Origin: Thermoproteus sp.
GTDB lineage: Archaea; Thermoproteota; Thermoprotei; Thermoproteales; Thermoproteaceae
Assembly (NCBI GenBank): GCA_049976425.1
Contig: JBMFIG010000001.1
Coordinates: 192,001 to 256,000 of the forward strand
Direction of reading: 5' to 3'
DNA length: 64,000 nt
Shown here: positions 29,096-38,315 of the stretch, one piece after another
How positions within the stretch are numbered: position 1 is the first letter of the stretch
How the letters are laid out: each line of letters starts with the position of its first letter
The notes under the pieces: model-generated
Seen by the model: only the letters and a program-made list of their open reading frames with translations
Databases searched by the model: none
Told to the model about the DNA's origin: nothing
Position numbers and translations under genes: made by a program

Positions 29096-30171
29096 GCGAA
29101 CCCCTGGCCGGGCTCCAACACAGTGCCGGCGCCTACCCGGACGCCTCTGCCTATCAACGCGCCGAGCTTGTAAAGCTCGCGGCCTCTCACCTCTATGGGG
29201 CTCAGCCTATCTCTGCCCTCCCTCAACACCGATTTAGTCAAGACGTTGGGCTCCAGCACCGCGTCCTCCCCCACAACGCTGTAGGAGACGAAGGAGCCTC
29301 TGCCAACCGTGGCCCGCGGCCCCACGAGGCTGTGCGTTATCTCGGCCCCGCTCCCCACGACGGCGCCCTCCTCTATATCGGCGAAGTTCCTGATCAAGGC
29401 GTGGGTGCCCACGAAGGCCCGCCTGCCTATGTACGCCGGCCCCTTCACCACGGCGTAGTGATCTATCTCGGCCCCGCCGTCCACCACCACGGGCCCTTCG
29501 ATGACGGCGGTTGGGCTCACCTTGGCGTCCGCCGCTATGTATGTGGCGTTGGGCATGACGAGCTCCAAGGCCTCGATTAGATCCACCGGCTCCTCGACTC
29601 TGAACCACCTCCCTCCCCACACGGCGACGGCAATTCTAGCCTCCCTGGCGGCCTCGGCAAGCGCCTGGGGGAACCTCGCGCCTTCGAAGAGCCTGGCCAG
29701 ACGGCACGGGATCAGCAGAGCGCCTCCGTAGGCCAGTTGCCCCTCGCCGCCGATCCCGGCCAGCAATCCCCCCGACATGGCTACGGACAGACCGCCTCGG
29801 GCTCTCGAGGGCACCGCCAGAACCGCGCCGTCGGCCCCCGCGGCGGCGGCCGCCTCGACTAAGGCCCTCAACGCATCCTTCTCGGTTATCACGGAGCCCG
29901 ACGCCACAAGCAACTTGTCGTTGGCGGTGCACAGCTGGGCCGCAACCCTCACGACGTCCTCAGCCGAGTTACCGTCGACGTGGAGGACCTCGTGCCTCCC
30001 CTCCTCTACTGATTTAGAGGCGACGTAGACCTTGCCGAAGGTATCAGACAGGATATCGGCCGTGTATCGGTATAGGGGCCTCCCGCCCAGCTTAACCTCG
30101 GCTATGTAGCCGCCTGTGATGCTCTTGAAGAGTTCGCTGTACTCGTTCGCGGCCACTACCGGGACTATCAT
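29092..30171 (-). CDS. GlmU-like nucleotidyltransferase/hexapeptide-repeat protein (degenerate N-terminal motif)
   Basis: C-terminal left-handed beta-helix repeats and KLGALIG; coupled to glmS. Confidence 0.8.
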   Translation of the reverse strand: MIVPVVAANEYSELFKSITGGYIAEVKLGGRPLYRYTADILSDTFGKVYVASKSVEEGRHEVLHVDGNSAEDVVRVAAQLCTANDKLLVASGSVITEKDALRALVEAAAAAGADGAVLAVPSRARGGLSVAMSGGLLAGIGGEGQLAYGGALLIPCRLARLFEGARFPQALAEAAREARIAVAVWGGRWFRVEEPVDLIEALELVMPNATYIAADAKVSPTAVIEGPVVVDGGAEIDHYAVVKGPAYIGRRAFVGTHALIRNFADIEEGAVVGSGAEITHSLVGPRATVGRGSFVSYSVVGEDAVLEPNVLTKSVLREGRDRLSPIEVRGRELYKLGALIGRGVRVGAGTVLEPGQGFA

Positions 30172-31976
30172 CACTCCACGGTGACCGTCTTGGCTAAATT
30201 ACGCGGCTTGTCTGGATCTCTGCCCAGCTCCACGGCTGTGTAGTACGCCAACAGCTGTAGCGGTATCACGAACGAGGCGGCGTTCAGTAACGGATCCAGG
30301 TGGGGCACCTCGAACACGTATTTGAGCTTCCTCGCCACGTCGTCGCCGCGCGGCGCGACGCCGACTATCAAAGCGTCCCTCGCCTGCATCTCCGCCACGT
30401 TGTTTAGGAGCTTGTCCTTAAGCGAGGGGTCGGAGAAGACGAACACTACGGGGAACTTGCTCTCGACCAGCGCTATTGGCCCGTGCTTGGACTCGCCGGC
30501 GGGATAAGCCTCGGCGTGTATGTACGCTATCTCCTTCATCTTCAAGGCCCCCTCGAGCGCGACCGGCATGCCGAGCCCTCTGCTTAGGTAGTACGCGCTT
30601 TGGCTGTTCTTCAGCCTCTCGGCGAGCGCCTTGGCGGACCCCTCGTTGAGCTCTATGGCCTTCCTCGCGACGTCGGGAAGCCTCTTCAAGCCCTCCACGC
30701 GGGGCTCCACGTCCATACCCAACGATCTGCCGATCTGGGCGTGGAGCGCGGCCAGGAGGGCCACCTGCGTGGTGAACGTCTTGGTGGCGGCCACCCCTAT
30801 CTCGGGTCCCGCCCTGGTGTAGAGCACAGCGTCGCTTTCCCTCGCCAACGTGCTCGCCACCACGTTGGTCACCGCCACCACCTTGACCCCTCTCTCCCTC
30901 ATGGACCGGGCGGCCTTTATTGTATCTATGGTCTCGCCCGACTGCGACACGGCTATGGCAACGTCGTCGACGTCGAAAAGCCCCTCGTACGTTGCGTACT
31001 CAGAGGAGATTATCGGAAGAGCCGCGATCTTGTACTCCGCAAGGCCCAGTTGGAAGACGAGCCCGGCGTAGTACGACGTCCCCGCGCCCACGACGTACAC
31101 CCTCTTGGCGTTCAGCAACATCTCGGCGACTTCCGACAGACGCCGTTGTTCGAGGCCGGCCACGGTGGAGGCTAGGGCCTCCGGCTGTTCGTGTATCTCC
31201 TTCAACATGAAATGCCGGTAGCCGCCTCTGAGCGCCTGGTCGGCGCTCCAAGGTATCAGGTGTACCCTATCCCCCACCTCCACCCTCACCCCGTCGTGCT
31301 CCACGACTACCTCGGCCGGGGTGATATAGCCGTACTCGCCGTCCTTCAGCGGGAGGACCTTCTTGGTGTGCTCAAGCACGGTCGGTATATCGCTGGCGAC
31401 TACGTTGAAGCCCTCGCCGAGGCCCACGATCAACGGCGAGAGGTTGCGGGCGAAGAAGATCTTGTCCGGCTCCTTGGAGTCCACGACGGCGAGGGCATAG
31501 GCCCCCCGCAACCGCGACAAGGCCTTCTTGAAGGCCTCCCAAGGGGTCATGCCTGCCTTCTCGTACTCCTCCATGAGGTGCGCGAAGACCTCTGTGTCGG
31601 TCTCGCTCCTGAACGCATGGCCCCTCGCGACTAGCTCGGCCTTCAGCTCCTCGTAGTTCTCGATTATGCCGTTGTGCACCACGGCGATAGAGCCGGTGCA
31701 ATCCACGTGCGGATGGGCGTTGATCTGGTTGGGCTTCCCGTGGGTAGCCCACCTAGTGTGAGCCACGCCGGTCCTCCCCCTTATCTGGTCGAAGCCCAGC
31801 CTGGCGGAGACCTCGGCCACCTTCCCTGCGTCCTTCCTGACGACGACGCCGCGAGGCGTCACCACAGCGATCCCGGCCGAGTCGTAACCCCTATACTCGA
31901 GCCTTTCCAAGGCTCTGCGTAGCAAGGCGCCGAGGGACACCTCGGCGTTGGTGGTTATGCCGAAGATGCCGCACAC
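30171..31976 (-). CDS. glmS: Glutamine--fructose-6-phosphate aminotransferase
   Basis: MCGIFG, LEYRGYDSAG, HTRWATHG, SQSGET, PRNLAKTVTVE. Confidence 0.97.
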   Translation of the reverse strand: MCGIFGITTNAEVSLGALLRRALERLEYRGYDSAGIAVVTPRGVVVRKDAGKVAEVSARLGFDQIRGRTGVAHTRWATHGKPNQINAHPHVDCTGSIAVVHNGIIENYEELKAELVARGHAFRSETDTEVFAHLMEEYEKAGMTPWEAFKKALSRLRGAYALAVVDSKEPDKIFFARNLSPLIVGLGEGFNVVASDIPTVLEHTKKVLPLKDGEYGYITPAEVVVEHDGVRVEVGDRVHLIPWSADQALRGGYRHFMLKEIHEQPEALASTVAGLEQRRLSEVAEMLLNAKRVYVVGAGTSYYAGLVFQLGLAEYKIAALPIISSEYATYEGLFDVDDVAIAVSQSGETIDTIKAARSMRERGVKVVAVTNVVASTLARESDAVLYTRAGPEIGVAATKTFTTQVALLAALHAQIGRSLGMDVEPRVEGLKRLPDVARKAIELNEGSAKALAERLKNSQSAYYLSRGLGMPVALEGALKMKEIAYIHAEAYPAGESKHGPIALVESKFPVVFVFSDPSLKDKLLNNVAEMQARDALIVGVAPRGDDVARKLKYVFEVPHLDPLLNAASFVIPLQLLAYYTAVELGRDPDKPRNLAKTVTVE

Positions 31977-32025
31977 ACTAGCGTCGGGGCGGCGAGTATA
32001 TATTAATTAGTGCCATGGAGCCCCA

Positions 32026-32436
32026 GTGGAGCTCCAGGAGGCCGTAGACCTATTGGAGGCCAAGATAAACAGCCCAACCTTCGTAAAGGCCGTGGGGAGG
32101 ACCGCGGCGGAGGCCATAAAGACGTTGTTGGAGGCCTATAGATGCAACGTGGTCTTGACGACGGAGGAGGTGTTGAGGGTGCTGAACGACTACTATATCT
32201 TCGAGTCGCGCATGAGGAGATTGATAGAGCTCTACGAGGAGCTCTCCGGCGGCGCGTTGACCGCCCTAGCCCGCATAGCGTTAGGCGAGGACGCGGATCT
32301 GCCGGATGTAGACTACAAGCTTCTGCTGAGGGAGCTGGACGCTTATCGATCAGAGCTCTTCAGGCTGGCCGAGATGGTCAAGGAGGCGGAGCGGCGGTGT
32401 CCGAAGGCCTACTCCTCGACGAGCTCCAAGGCGTAG
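32026..32436 (+). CDS. Hypothetical helical protein
   Basis: 136-aa ORF with typical codon usage, divergent from glmS. Confidence 0.65.
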   Translation: MELQEAVDLLEAKINSPTFVKAVGRTAAEAIKTLLEAYRCNVVLTTEEVLRVLNDYYIFESRMRRLIELYEELSGGALTALARIALGEDADLPDVDYKLLLRELDAYRSELFRLAEMVKEAERRCPKAYSSTSSKA

Positions 32437-32630
32437 ACTCCGGGCTTCGAGATCCCCAGCCGCTTGGCGATGCAGGACTTCTCGGGGTCCAGGACGGCCA
32501 ACATGCCGCGCCAATTGTTGACGAACTCGGTAGAGCCGCAGTTGGGGCACTGCGCCGCGTCCTCGGGCACTATCAGCTTGCAGTTCTTGCAGGCCTTGTA
32601 GCCCGACAGGGTCTTCTTGGCGCGGCTCAT
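32409..32630 (-). CDS. spt4: Transcription elongation factor Spt4 (RpoE'')
   Basis: ACKNCK...CPNCGS...W.G...DPEKS.IAKRLGI..PG.YA. Confidence 0.95.
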   Translation of the reverse strand: MSRAKKTLSGYKACKNCKLIVPEDAAQCPNCGSTEFVNNWRGMLAVLDPEKSCIAKRLGISKPGVYALELVEE

Positions 32631-33196
32631 GGCTTCTTCCCCTTCTTCTCCTTGAGCCACTCAAGTTTCCCGAGGCCGGGGCCGCGCATGGTCATGGTGA
32701 TCCTCACGGCGAGGTCGAGGCCCTCCTTCTGGGCGACGTAGGAGACGCCGGTGATGCGGGCCCTCACCACATCCCCCACGCCCACCTTCCTCTTGCTCCT
32801 CTCGCCTATAAAGCTCTTCGTGCTCGCGTCGAACAATATGTTGGGCTCCTCCATGAGGTGGATCTTGTTTATGAAGCCTAGGACGGGGCCTATGCGCACC
32901 ATGACGCCCACCTCGCGGGCCGACTCCACTATGCCGTAGACAACCTCCCCGTCTAGGGGCACGTATGTCAACAGATCGAACACGGCTCTGTGGTACGTGG
33001 CGCCGTCGCCGAATAGTATGACGCCCTCCCTCGCGACCTTGGCGCCCAACACGGCCACCACGAAGCCCAGATCCCTGAAGGACTTCCCCTCGTACCTCGC
33101 CCTCAACTGGGCCAGGGCGACGTCCTCAAGCGGCTTGCCGAACTCCGACGGGTTGATCCTGACGTAGTCCTCGGCCTCGACTAGACGGAAAGGCAT
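32627..33196 (-). CDS. rpoE1: RNA polymerase subunit Rpo7 (RpoE')
   Basis: GDGATYH, S1 domain, TMRGPGLGKLEW. Confidence 0.95.
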   Translation of the reverse strand: MPFRLVEAEDYVRINPSEFGKPLEDVALAQLRARYEGKSFRDLGFVVAVLGAKVAREGVILFGDGATYHRAVFDLLTYVPLDGEVVYGIVESAREVGVMVRIGPVLGFINKIHLMEEPNILFDASTKSFIGERSKRKVGVGDVVRARITGVSYVAQKEGLDLAVRITMTMRGPGLGKLEWLKEKKGKKP

Positions 33197-33232
33197 GGGG
33201 CTATCCTATCCCGTCTTTTTAAATACAACGCC

Positions 33233-33574
33233 TTAAAGCGCTACCAACTCCCTATCGTGGAATAGGACCACCGCAAGCCCGCTCCTCCTCGCCCTCTCCA
33301 CGATCTCCGAGTCGCCCGACAGCACGGCGCCGTCCACGCGCCTGGCGGCCTCCACGACCGACCTATCTGCGGGGCCCCTCTCGCCGACCACGAAGGGGGC
33401 CAACACCCGCACGAGCTTGAGAGCCACCCTCGCCTTCCGGCTTCTGCGGGCCAAAGTCTGTAGCTCCTCCAGCACGGCGTAGGTCGTGAAAAGCGTGTGC
33501 TCGACAAACACGTCGACGCCCACCCTCCGCTCGACGACGTATAGGAACGACGACGTGTCGACGACAAGCCTCAA
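33233..33574 (-). CDS. PIN-domain protein (Fcf1/Utp24-like)
   Basis: VVDTSSF, VLEEL, AD, LSGD acidic PIN residues; upstream of rpoE'. Confidence 0.85.
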   Translation of the reverse strand: MRLVVDTSSFLYVVERRVGVDVFVEHTLFTTYAVLEELQTLARRSRKARVALKLVRVLAPFVVGERGPADRSVVEAARRVDGAVLSGDSEIVERARRSGLAVVLFHDRELVAL

Positions 33575-34620
33575 AGCCCCACGACAGATATCCCCAATTT
33601 CTCGGCGGCTTTCTTGAACGCGTCGGACTTCGCCGTCGCGATGAGCTGAAGCCGCTTCTTCTTAGCCAGGCTCAGGTAGGTCGCCAAGAGCTCCTCGGCG
33701 TAGTTGTCGGGCACGGCGAGATCGACGTCGTCCACCGCCACGACGCTGCCCTCGTTGGAGAGTATCAGCTGGGTCAAGACCGGCAGAACGGCCTTGGTGA
33801 AGTTGCCGACGTTGTAGGCGTTTGTCCACATGCCGCCTGCCTTGACGTACATGGCGATCCTCCCCGTCGACACGAGCCCGACCCTCACGTCGTCTATCCT
33901 AGCCGCCTTGAGGAGGCCGTAGAGGTGGTCTCTGAGCGGCTCGAACTGGGGCTGGGATAGTATGCGCGAGATCTGGTGGGCCGTGTACTGGCCTTCGGGC
34001 CCCACGCTCGTGGCCGGCAGGAGGTCCACGTGGGTCTCGTAGGTGTATTTCCAAGCGGCCAGCCTCCTGCCGCTTATGAAATAGTAGGCGTCTTTCAGCC
34101 CGACCCTCAGATCCAGCAAGATCCTCTCGGCTTTCCTGAACCTCTCGTCGTCGACAGGCCCGCAGGGTATCAGGACGTCCTCGTTCAACACAGCGTAGGG
34201 CGCGGTGCAGAGCTCCACGTCGAGGCCCTCGGGATAAACCACTCTGCCTCTCTGGCCGCTCTTCGCTACGCGTATCAACTGTTGAAAGTTCTCGTAGATC
34301 GCCTGCTCGACGTATCCGCCTTTCGTGGCGTAGGAGTAGCCGTAGCCGTACACCCCGCCTTCGAGGGCCCAGTGGGCCTCTATGGTAAACGGCGTCGAGG
34401 TATCGCCGCCTCTGTGGACGTCCTCCGCCTCGTGCACTATCAACAAAGGCCCCTCGAACAATATCCACTGCTCCCCCCTGCTCTGCATGAGCATGGAGAG
34501 CGCCTCGAGGAGCGACGTCTTGCCAGAGTTCGGCGGCCCGAAGAGGAGGGCGTGGCCCTCCAGATCCACGCAACGGTCCAACGCTCTGAAATTCCGGGCG
34601 CAGAGCCTCCTCAGCTCCAT
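33571..34620 (-). CDS. ABC/SMC-type AAA ATPase (AAA_15/21-like)
   Basis: NFRAL, GPPNSGKTS Walker A, VAVDDVD Walker B-like. Confidence 0.8.
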   Translation of the reverse strand: MELRRLCARNFRALDRCVDLEGHALLFGPPNSGKTSLLEALSMLMQSRGEQWILFEGPLLIVHEAEDVHRGGDTSTPFTIEAHWALEGGVYGYGYSYATKGGYVEQAIYENFQQLIRVAKSGQRGRVVYPEGLDVELCTAPYAVLNEDVLIPCGPVDDERFRKAERILLDLRVGLKDAYYFISGRRLAAWKYTYETHVDLLPATSVGPEGQYTAHQISRILSQPQFEPLRDHLYGLLKAARIDDVRVGLVSTGRIAMYVKAGGMWTNAYNVGNFTKAVLPVLTQLILSNEGSVVAVDDVDLAVPDNYAEELLATYLSLAKKKRLQLIATAKSDAFKKAAEKLGISVVGL

Positions 34621-35090
34621 AGCCTCGCCAGCTCGTCCCTATACCGCCTCAACAATCTGTCCAGCTCATCCGGAGGCGTGTTGGGGTCTATCTCCCTGCA
34701 TCTGGGGATTATGTGTATGTGGAGGTGCGCCTCGACGCCTGCGCCGGCCGCCCTGCCCACGTTTATCCCCATCAACACATTTTCGCAACCCGTGGCCGCC
34801 ATAACCGCGCTCTTCACCATATAGGCCTCCCTCAATAAGCCGGCCAGCTCCTCGTCTGTAAGCTCGTCCAGATCGCCCACGTGCTTGTAGGGGGCCACCA
34901 TCACGTGTCCCCACATATAGGGGTATTTATTCAGCAGACCTATGGAGTATCTGCCTCTATAGAACACGAGGTTTTCCCCGTCGGCCTCGGGCCTCCCTAT
35001 GTATTCGCAGAAGAAACACCCCTTCTTGTTCTCCCCGGAGACGATGTACTTATATCTCCACGGCGTCAGCACCACTCGGAACGCTCCCAC
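34611..35090 (-). CDS. HIT family hydrolase (Ap4A phosphorylase-like)
   Basis: PWR..YI, CFFC, NKYPY..GH, AGAG..HLHIHIIPR. Confidence 0.93.
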   Translation of the reverse strand: MGAFRVVLTPWRYKYIVSGENKKGCFFCEYIGRPEADGENLVFYRGRYSIGLLNKYPYMWGHVMVAPYKHVGDLDELTDEELAGLLREAYMVKSAVMAATGCENVLMGINVGRAAGAGVEAHLHIHIIPRCREIDPNTPPDELDRLLRRYRDELARLWS

Positions 35091-35202
35091 CTGCCGTCCT
35101 ACCCAATGCCTTTATAGGTTTTCCGGCATGAGGATGTTGGGGCCGGGATAGTCCAAAGGCCAGCTCCGCCGACGCCGCGGGCGAGGCCCCGCGTAGCGGG
35201 CT

Positions 35203-35412
35203 TCAGACCTGCTCGGCGCGTCTGGCCTTGATCAGTATGAATCTGTCGGACACTATGTCGTATACTATCGAGAAGTCGCCGGCCAGCATATGCGCCAGCT
35301 CTACCTTCTCGCCGAAGTCGAGGGATATGCCGTACTGCCGCAACACCTCGTCTAGGTCCGCCGAATCGCCTGCCTTAAGAGAGATGAGCTTGGCCAAAGC
35401 CTTTAGGTCCAT
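35203..35412 (-). CDS. Small hypothetical protein
   Basis: 69-aa ORF with upstream TAAAAAT box. Confidence 0.7.
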   Translation of the reverse strand: MDLKALAKLISLKAGDSADLDEVLRQYGISLDFGEKVELAHMLAGDFSIVYDIVSDRFILIKARRAEQV

Positions 35413-35472
35413 CGTAGACTTCGGCCGTCCGATATTTTTAGGCGACGGTTAGGGATTTAAGGGGAACGCGGA

Positions 35473-36174
35473 TTGTCCGGAGTGTTGACGTTGCCGACGC
35501 CTGCAGTGGTGGCTATAGGCAGTAGGGGCGGGAAGCTCGCGGCTTACGACGTGGAGGGCGGGAAGTTCTACGACTTGCCCATAGACCTCGAGGGGATAGA
35601 CGTCGCGGAGCTCAAGATAGAGGGCTTCAGCGTCAGGTCGCACGTAGCAGTGGCGTCCTACGCAACGTCGTTTATCAAGGCCATCGCCGTCGACGGCGAC
35701 GCGGAGCTGTTGGATGTTGGGGGGCTTAGGAAGATGCAGCGGGGAGCCGTCACTATCCAGACGGTGAAGGGGCGCGAGTTCGGCAGATGGGACGACGTGT
35801 GGAATAAGTTGATCTTAATAAGGGGGCCTGCCGGCGTGTTGGCTATCGGGGCCTCCAGAGCAGGCTCCCTCCTCCATCTGAGCACGGCCAGGACCGACGC
35901 CAGACACGTCAAGGCCGTGACGGACTCCCTAGAGCTCTTGAGGAAATTCGGCGAGGTCTCGGTCGCCTGTTCGTGCCGGCTCGGCCTGCTCCCGGTGGAG
36001 CTATTGGCTAGACGCGGCACCGAATACGTCTTGGTCAAAATCTACATGAATATCCAGAACAAGAGAAGCGAGAACCTAGTGGTTATCAAAGGCTCTGGCG
36101 GCAACATACAGAGGAGGTTTATCGGACCTCTAGAAAATCTCAATCTTTTTATCCAAGAGGTCTACCGATCTTGA
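35473..36174 (+). CDS. Hypothetical beta-rich protein
   Basis: 233-aa ORF after a TTTAAG box; coupled to the downstream gene. Confidence 0.75.
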   Translation: MSGVLTLPTPAVVAIGSRGGKLAAYDVEGGKFYDLPIDLEGIDVAELKIEGFSVRSHVAVASYATSFIKAIAVDGDAELLDVGGLRKMQRGAVTIQTVKGREFGRWDDVWNKLILIRGPAGVLAIGASRAGSLLHLSTARTDARHVKAVTDSLELLRKFGEVSVACSCRLGLLPVELLARRGTEYVLVKIYMNIQNKRSENLVVIKGSGGNIQRRFIGPLENLNLFIQEVYRS

Positions 36175-37247
36175 TGGATAGAGTTATCATCCTGGCGGGC
36201 GGCTTTGCCACCAGGCTCAGGCCCCTCAGCTATACCAGGCCCAAGCCCCTCTTCCCCGTGCTGGATAAGCCGCTTATAGACTGGATAGTGGAAGGCGTGA
36301 GGGGCATAGCGCCTGTCGTCGTGTCCGCCCGCTACCTCGCCCACATGATCCGCGACTATGTCTCGAGGAGGTGGAACGACGTGGCTACCGTGGTCGAGGA
36401 GAATAGGCCGTTGGGAGACGGAGGCGCTGTGGCGTACATAGCCGACATGTTGAGCCTCAACGGCCCGGTGTTGGTGGTCAACGGCGACGTGTTCACCGAT
36501 GTGGACTACTCAGCCATAGTGAACGCCCATAGGAAATACGGCGGCGTGGCCACCATAGCCTTCGTCGAGGTGCCGCCGGAGAGCGTGAGCAAATACGGCA
36601 TAGCCGTGGTCGACGACTCCATGAGGCTGAGGGGCTTCGTTGAGAAGCCGAAGGAGCCGCCGGGAGGTAGCCGGCTCGCCAACGCGGGCGTCTACGTCTT
36701 CGAGGCGGAGGCCCTTAAGGCCATACCTAGAAGGAGGGGCGAGGTCAAGATAGCGAAGGACCTCATACCGGCTCTCCTGGAGAAACACGATATATATGTC
36801 TATATACATAGAGGGATCTGGCACGATATAGGGACTCCCGCCGACTATCTGAAGGCCAACTTCGCGGCGCTCGACAAGTGGGGAGGCGTAGCCGAGAGGG
36901 CAGGCGCGGAGATCACGCCGCCTGTCTACATCGCCGGGGACGTGGAGATAGGCGAGGGCGCCTCCATAGGCCCCTACGTGGTGTTGGGGTCGGGCTCCAG
37001 AGTGGGCAAATATTCCAGAATAAGGAACAGCGTGTTGATGAGGGAGGTGTCGGTGGAGCCGGGCTCCCACATATCGGGTAGCATAATAGGCGAGGAGAGC
37101 TACATAGGGAGGTGGGCCCGCATCGTCGACGCTGTGATAGCCGACGGCGTCTACGTCAGAGACGAGGTGTCGGTCGGGAGGAACTCGTCGGTGGGCCCCA
37201 ACAGAGAAGTCGTGGAGGACGTGCCGGAGGGCTCCACTCTGCCTTGA
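36174..37247 (+). CDS. NDP-sugar synthase (mannose-1-phosphate guanylyltransferase family)
   Basis: LAGGFATRLRPLSYTRPKPL, VNGD, FVEKP, WHDIGTP, hexapeptide repeats. Confidence 0.93.
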   Translation: MDRVIILAGGFATRLRPLSYTRPKPLFPVLDKPLIDWIVEGVRGIAPVVVSARYLAHMIRDYVSRRWNDVATVVEENRPLGDGGAVAYIADMLSLNGPVLVVNGDVFTDVDYSAIVNAHRKYGGVATIAFVEVPPESVSKYGIAVVDDSMRLRGFVEKPKEPPGGSRLANAGVYVFEAEALKAIPRRRGEVKIAKDLIPALLEKHDIYVYIHRGIWHDIGTPADYLKANFAALDKWGGVAERAGAEITPPVYIAGDVEIGEGASIGPYVVLGSGSRVGKYSRIRNSVLMREVSVEPGSHISGSIIGEESYIGRWARIVDAVIADGVYVRDEVSVGRNSSVGPNREVVEDVPEGSTLP

Positions 37248-37298
37248 TCAGCGCTTTTAACCCCATTCACGCCGTCCTCCAGCCTGGCCTCATCACCT
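37246..37298 (-). ncRNA. C/D box 2'-O-methylation guide sRNA (probable tRNA-Lys target)
   Basis: The minus strand reads GTGATGA (box C)-GGCCAGGCTGG-AGGA (D')-CGGCGTGA (C'-like)-ATGGGGTTAAAAGCG-CTGA (box D), exactly filling the gap between two convergent stop codons. Confidence 0.82.
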
Positions 37299-37755
37299 AG
37301 GCGTTATAGACCTTGCTTAAAATAGTGCGCAACGCCTTCTCGACGTCGGTCTTCGTCCGTATTTTCTTCTTGAAGACATCGCCGGCGTCCGCGACGATGC
37401 GGTTGCCCTCTATGTATATTCTGGCCGTCGAGGTTGGGGATATGTAGGGTCTGAAAACCAGCCGCCTCTCCTCTACCTGCAACGGGCCCGTGTAGGAGTA
37501 GTACCGCGATTTCGTCGCCTTGGCTATCAACGACATGAGCCTCGCCAGAACTCTGCCGGCTCTGGCCACCTCCTCGTCGTCTATCTTCTCCTCGCTCTCC
37601 TTGCCAACTACGGCAGAATAGAGGCTCTTGGTCTCGAGATGGTACTGCATCAAGAACGCGGCCCTATCGCCGATCAGCGAAATAGATCGGACGTAGGGGC
37701 TGACCACTACGGAAAGCAACGGCCCCTTAGAGCCTCTCGAGCGGGTCGACCCCAT
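37297..37755 (-). CDS. Hypothetical protein
   Basis: 152-aa ORF; the true start may be TTG near 37720. Confidence 0.7.
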   Translation of the reverse strand: MGSTRSRGSKGPLLSVVVSPYVRSISLIGDRAAFLMQYHLETKSLYSAVVGKESEEKIDDEEVARAGRVLARLMSLIAKATKSRYYSYTGPLQVEERRLVFRPYISPTSTARIYIEGNRIVADAGDVFKKKIRTKTDVEKALRTILSKVYNA

Positions 37756-37879
37756 TTGGACATTTATACTGCATCTTCCTGGCGCACACGTCGCAGAACA
37801 TATGGCCTGTCTTCTTACAAAGGTATCTATCCTCGTAGAGGTAGAGCCTTCTGCCGCATCGGCTACACCTCCCGACCAT
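37727..37879 (-). CDS. 50-aa RING-like zinc-finger protein
   Basis: Manual translation MVGRCSRCGRRLYLYEDRYLCKKTGHMFCDVCARKMQYKCPNGVDPLERL; CTATAAAG box just upstream. Confidence 0.8.
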   Translation of the reverse strand: MVGRCSRCGRRLYLYEDRYLCKKTGHMFCDVCARKMQYKCPNGVDPLERL

Positions 37880-37937
37880 CAAGGTCTTTATAGGGTAGAC
37901 CACGAACCGCCCGTTGACGGGCCTATTTAAATTTTGG

Positions 37938-38315
37938 CTAGGCCTTCCTTACGCCGAGCTTTAGGACGATCCTCCCGCCGTCCTGGACCAGCCTGGCCTT
38001 CTCGGTAGCTAGGAGATAGGCGAGCGCCTTGTTGGGATCCACGCCGGCCTCCCTACACCGCTCCACAAACGACGAGATCTCCTCTCCGTCCTTCAGCTCC
38101 ACCTCGGCGATGGCCGGCGAGTCGAGCCTAAGGACGCCCTTGACGAGCACCTCCAGCTCCTCGTATATGTCCGCCAGCTTTCCGAGCACCTCGACCACGG
38201 CGCCTAGCTCCCTCATGACCTGCGCCACAGCTTCGTTCAACTCCTCATCGTCGTAGCGCCTAGCGGCTCTGTCGAGATCCCTCAAAGACCTGGCGAGATC
38301 TCTCACCAAGTCCAT
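37938..38315 (-). CDS. Hypothetical coiled-coil protein
   Basis: 125-aa helical ORF overlapping the M48 gene end. Confidence 0.72.
   Translation of the reverse strand: MDLVRDLARSLRDLDRAARRYDDEELNEAVAQVMRELGAVVEVLGKLADIYEELEVLVKGVLRLDSPAIAEVELKDGEEISSFVERCREAGVDPNKALAYLLATEKARLVQDGGRIVLKLGVRKA

Noticed and set aside
35125-35175. Possible C/D sRNA (ATGAGGA...CCGA with GGC/GCC terminal stem)
   Set aside because: Both boxes are non-canonical, there is no credible C'/D' pair and no recognisable target.
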